A stretch of DNA of 64,000 nucleotides from Monocercomonoides exilis PA203 (taxonomy: Eukaryota > Protista > Preaxostyla): contig LSRY02000059.1 of assembly GCA_001643675.2 (NCBI GenBank), positions 62,001-126,000 of the forward strand, read 5' to 3'. The notes below the pieces were generated by a model that saw only the letters and a list, made by a program, of their open reading frames with translations, searched no databases and was not told where the DNA came from. Below, piece after piece: positions 59,101 through 64,000 of the stretch (position 1 is the first letter of the stretch; each line of letters begins with the position of its first letter). Both the position numbers and the translations under genes were made by a program.

Positions 59101-62100
59101 TTCAGAATCAGATTTCACTCTTCACTTGTCATTTTGAATAGTCGGTTTTTCTGTGATGATATTTCGCTGCATCTGTTTGGCCATCATATAAAGAGAGCCG
59201 AAAAAGCTCTCTTCACTGCAGAATCGCTTGCTCTCTCTTCTGTTGCCTTTCTAAGTGGTTGCTGTTCAAAAGAGTCAAATCTGACCGATTCGACTGGTAA
59301 TTATGCATCCACTTTAGACTCATCTGGGTTGAGTTGTTCTTCCAAAAATGAATTTATTGTTGTATTTGGCACAAGAGGAGGGCTCTTCTGTTCCATTCCT
59401 TTGCGTTCTTCTGTTTTATCTCAAAATCATAAAAATAGTATATCTGCTTCTTCTTCTGCTTCTTCTTCAGATAATCTTTCTATCAATACATCAGTTCCAT
59501 ATATTCTTGATTTGGAATTGTCCAACATGACAATTGAGCAAATATGTCAATCTCCAGTTACAGTTAGCAACCAATCAGACACAATCTGCCGAGTAGAGGC
59601 ACTTAGGCAAACTGCTATTTATGCATCTTCAGACAGTCAACAGCAAAAGATTAACTCTTCAGATGCAATGGATAATCCTGTTTTCAATGCAAGAATATTC
59701 CACTGCTCTGCGTCTGTGATTGCTGTATTTGGAGGCACAACTGTGTGGGTGGGTGAGTCTTGCAGAGGCAGAATAAGGCTCACTCGGATCAGAAATATTA
59801 CAGCCATCTCAGCTGCCCCAATTCTGAATCCAAATGGTGTTCTTAGTCTGATCCTTCCATCAACTGCAAATGAATGGATTGCTTCGCTTCTTCCACCTCC
59901 GATCGATTCTGATGAGCAGGAGACGCCATCCATTCCTCAAAGTGATGATCCAGAAAAAGAATCGAAAGCAGCTGATGTTTCAGATCTTCCTTCTAAATCG
60001 AATTTACTTAGCGCTCCATTTTCCGCTCCTTATCAATATTCTCGTCTTTTTGACTTTTTGCAGCCTGGGACGTTACACGATGCATACACTTCCATTCGCA
60101 TTGGAAATATGATCACATCTCATGTTGCTTCAATTGATGTTTCAAAAATACCAAAGTGTGACCCAGAGCATAAACAGGATGAGCTTGCTTCAGTTTCTTG
60201 TTCGATAAATAAGCAAGAAATAATCAAAACAGAAAATGGAACTGAGGAAGCATTTAAAGAATTGAAAGAAATAAACCAAGCAAAAGAAAATGTTTGCTTA
60301 TCTGAAGAAACAGAGAGAAATATTAAACTTTCAGAAAAGTTATCTGCAGATGACTTATTTTTATTGTCATCATCAAAAGATTCGTTGAAAAGCACTCAAA
60401 GTGAAATTTCAAGTGGAGATCAAAAAAGTTCCTCGTTTGAGGAGCAAAGTTCGCCGGTTCAGAATCAATCAGATTCGACAACTTCAACAAAATGTCCCAT
60501 CTCTCATGCCCAATCTTCTTGTGTTAGCGATCACATTTCATTGTCTGATTCATCAAGTCCTTCAAAATGCATGTCAAGTATGGCAAATGCTTCGATAGCA
60601 GAAGATCAAATCCATTCATTGTCAGTGCCGACTGTGACATCTTCATCACACAAAAGCTCGCCCTCTCTTCAGCAAACATCAGATCCTACCACTTCTCCGG
60701 GCTGGCAGTGGAAGAAGACATTCCAGATTTCTGGAACGCCTCTGCAAGTTGCACACTGTGATCCACTTGGAATCTCGTTTGTGGTGTCTGTCAATCACGG
60801 GAAGCCTCTTCAGTACAACTTGAGTGCTATTGACCATTTGACTGACAGCGTGTACAACATCCTGAGTGATTCAGAGTCAATGTTTATGCCAACATCCATA
60901 GCTTCTCTCCCCACACTCTTCTTTCCTTTTCCTGTTGTTTCATTTTACTCTGATCAAAGCTCAAATCAGGCAGGTTCTGTTGATCCCGCGGAAACGTCTT
61001 CTTGTGACTCACCTTCCACATTCTCTTATGCCAAAGATGGGTATTTTATGGCGCAGTTTGCCATTGGTTATTCTCTAAGCAGCGATGTGATGCTGGAGAA
61101 AGAAGGATCAAAGAGGAGACATCTTGCTGATTGGGCAATACTTGGCCAGAAGGAGTTGTGCGGATCTCATATCGCTGGGTTCAAAACAGTGGCATCACAG
61201 TTGCAGCCGAAAAAGGTTTTAAAGCGAATCGTCGAGAAGATAAGAGAAAGTGATACCCTTTCTGCAATGTTCTCAGCTTCTGTTGGAAAGCCACATTCAG
61301 AACAGCCAAGTCGGATGAAAGAAACACAAAGCAAGCAGAATGAGCAGACAGAAGAGAACAAAGAACAGAAAAATATTTCAGAAACATTTAATGAGGAAGC
61401 AGAATTGGATGATGAAAATCAAGAGGATGTTAACGATGTTGAGAAAAGGAAAGAGCAGCTTCTGAGTCGCGATGAGAAAGTTTTGGCACCTCGTTGTGAC
61501 TGCCTTGATGAAGATGACGATTACATCAAATGCGACACGGACAGTGATTCATCGTGGTGCTTTGAGTTGAGAAGGGATGGTGAGGATGAAGATGAAGATA
61601 AAAACAAAAAAGGAGCAAAAAGAAGTTCGGAAAGTGATAACTTTGAAGCATTTGATGATGATCTATTTGATTCAACAGATCAGCAGCAGAATCAAGCGCA
61701 TTCTCAAACAGTTGAAATTGGGGAAAGTGGCAGTTCAGGACACCAAAGAAACAAAAAGCACACTCATTCGCAGTCGCAGAAGCAGAACACACCGCGCGAA
61801 GTTGCCCAGCTGAAGAGTCAGCAGCTTGGAGAAAAGAACGGAGGATCGTTGTGTATTTATCAGACCTTCTTCAATCGCTCTACAATCAGCAAGCCCATCA
61901 CCTTCTGCATCCATCGCTATGAAGCAGCCCATCCAGTCACATCCATCACAACAGCAGACAACGGGCGCTTCCTTCTTTTCTCTTCTGGCTGCACTGCATT
62001 CTTTGTGGATCTCCATCGCCCTGCTTTTGAAAGACGCCCGTTTTGCTTCCTTGAAGCACGCTATCCAATCCGATCGCTGACACCCTTAGTAAACAGAGAC

Positions 62101-64000
62101 GCACCTTCCGCAAAAAGAGGCATTGGAGCGAAAGGAGGTCATCTCGATGCAGTCGCAGGACGATCAGAAAATGAAAAATGTCAGGTGCACTTCCAAAATG
62201 GCTTCCATAATGCTTCTTTGAATAGTGATGATCCAAGTTTCTTGACATCTGGCTCGGATTCTTCTCAAACGGACAGAAGTTCTTCAATGTGTAATACCGC
62301 TGCATCTGATCAGATGAATGCTTCATCAATCATTTTAACTGTTACACCTCCGATTGCCTCGCCAATCTGGCTTTTCAAAAGATTGAAACAATCTTTCAGT
62401 GCTAAACAACAGCGAAATCCACAAACCACCCCAAATACGCATAAATCAAATAAATATCCTTCTTCTTTGGCAGCCAATCAAATTCCTTCGGGTGGAAAAG
62501 AAATAAAATTTAATCATTTTCTTTCTGTGCCAATTTCAGTGCCATCTTCTGCAAAAGAGAACAGCAGTTCAGATGGAGCAGACGATAAAGAAGATATTCA
62601 GACTTCAACAACAACAGAACGTAATCATATTCATCCAGCCCAACACTCTTCAGTCACTCCTTCTGAAACGCCTTCGTCTCTTTCCTCGTCGCTGGACACG
62701 CCTTCCTCTGGTCTTTCTCCATCTCCTTCTTCAGCAGCATCGTCGCAATCACCTTCAAATTTGCCAATGGCTTCATTTGCTCGACCAATCCATGAGCCAA
62801 TGCACCGTCAGACGTTGTCTCATCATCTTCAGCCTGATGAAATGTTCAACAGAAGCTTTTCTCGCAGATTAGAAGTGGTCAGCCCAAGACAGCTTCAACG
62901 AAGACAATTGGTTTTGTCTCGCCCATCTGAGAATGAAAGCAATTTGCGCATTGAATTTGCTGATATTTCCAGAGAACATTCAAAAAGAAAACGGGATGAC
63001 AGCAATCATCATCAACATGGACATCACCATAACAGTCAGCATCCGCATTTGCATGGACAAGAAGGCTCGCCAAAAAGAGGACTTGCAGAAAGATTCAACT
63101 ACAGCTGTGCAACCATCGCATATCCGCCTCGTCCACCATCGCTTACGGTAAATAAAGGAAAAGAACAAAGCACACAGGTGCATTCTTTAAAAGCACCTCA
63201 ACCTGTTCAAGTGCCAACTTCACCACTAGCAGCATTGGAAGCGTCTGCAACATCGACAATCTCAACAGGGCAGCCAAATAATGAAGCCAGAACTCAAGGA
63301 GATCCAACAAGCATAGCAAGTCCAATGCAAGCAGAGCAAAGTGCTGTTCATTCATCAGCAGAAATCTCAGTACAGCCAAATGTTGGTCTGGAGCAGTCAG
63401 TTGCATCAATTCTTCCTCACTCATTGACTCAAGCAGCTGATTCATCGTTTCTGCTACCATCTGTTTATTCCTCTGTTTCTGAGGGAATGGCTGGATCTGC
63501 TCATCACTTTACAAATCTTGTGCAGCAAGCTGGTGCTTGTGCTCTTCCATTGTCTGAACAGCATATTCCATCGCTTTCTTCAGCACATGAATTTAATGGG
63601 ACTGAATCTCCCAATCTGAATGTCGACTATGCCTCTTCCATCCCGTTGGAGAAAGCCTTCGCATTGAATGGCTCTTCGACTGGTTGGTGGAACCGCCCTG
63701 AATGTTTGGAGGAAGCCCTTCAAACGCTTCCTGGGTGGAGGAAACTGCCTCCGTTGTATGTTGCAGCAGAGGTGGAGTATGACGGTGTTGTTGTGTATGA
63801 AGTGTACCGTCAGCGTGCTGCTCTGCCAACTAACACCTCGTATGTCCCCACTCATCAGTTAGCTGAGTTCGAAGAGTCTCGCAAAATGTCTTCTTTTCAT
63901 AAACAGCTCAATTCTCATTTTGATGCTTCAAGCACACAACATCCCAGTGCCTCTTCAGCCAGTCCCCCACACCCAGCAATCATCCATCCTCCTGCTACTT
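53190..64000 (+). CDS. DDB1-like (DDB1/SF3B3/CPSF1 beta-propeller family) protein, hugely expanded by Ser-rich insertions; runs off the window
   Basis: Exons 53190-53201, 53275-53358, 53445-53610 and 53669 onward splice to MISQRIIGSSNIHQSFVGHFFTPTENDIILVK...QSMLLFLLRSRHVLILAYDENSNEFVERG..., followed in order by RIIDFSFTY, NLSPVSD, IIQVD, ISGTPLQVAH, FAIGY and IVADRQNGL. The ORF track lists no frame-1 ORF after 53669, consistent with one stop-free frame of ~3440 codons to the window end. Confidence 0.75.

Noticed and set aside
53516-63862. Dozens of short ORFs suggesting a gene-poor or pseudogenised region
   Set aside because: They are alternative frames of one long frame-1 exon that has no stop inside the window.
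1-64000. CRISPR arrays, rRNA or tRNA genes
   Set aside because: No regularly spaced repeat-spacer array or recognisable structural RNA was seen by eye; a covariance-model scan was not possible.

Overview
Eukaryotic protist genomic DNA: short AT-rich GT-AG introns, compact intergenic gaps, and TAA/TAG/TGA all used as stops. Gene content and style resemble an oxymonad such as Monocercomonoides (inference). In order: (1) the 3' part of a Ser/Pro-rich gene; (2) an intronless 12-kb gene for a 4052-aa surface receptor with a signal peptide, eight Cys-anchored beta-helix-like modules, one TM helix and a dead TKL-like kinase, showing a sharply mosaic GC profile; (3) a ~4.2-kb nest of DNA transposons, made up of a foldback element, three MITEs with 4-bp AWWT-like target duplications, a decayed intron-containing Merlin/IS1595 transposase and an intact 1291-bp Merlin element with TIRs and a perfect 8-bp TSD; (4) a housekeeping block: USP36/42-like deubiquitinase, cathepsin L-like protease, two giant low-complexity proteins, a small tail-anchored orphan, an Ldh_2-family dehydrogenase, calnexin, a CK1-like kinase, RRP40 and CSA/ERCC8; (5) a >3500-aa DDB1-like gene that the ORF track misses because it runs off the window. 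It starts 159 bp from, and divergent to, CSA, its known binding partner. The best leads are the head-to-head CSA/DDB1-like pair, the mosaic giant receptor pseudokinase and the resolvable transposon nest. All family assignments were made by eye from motifs; no database searches were run.
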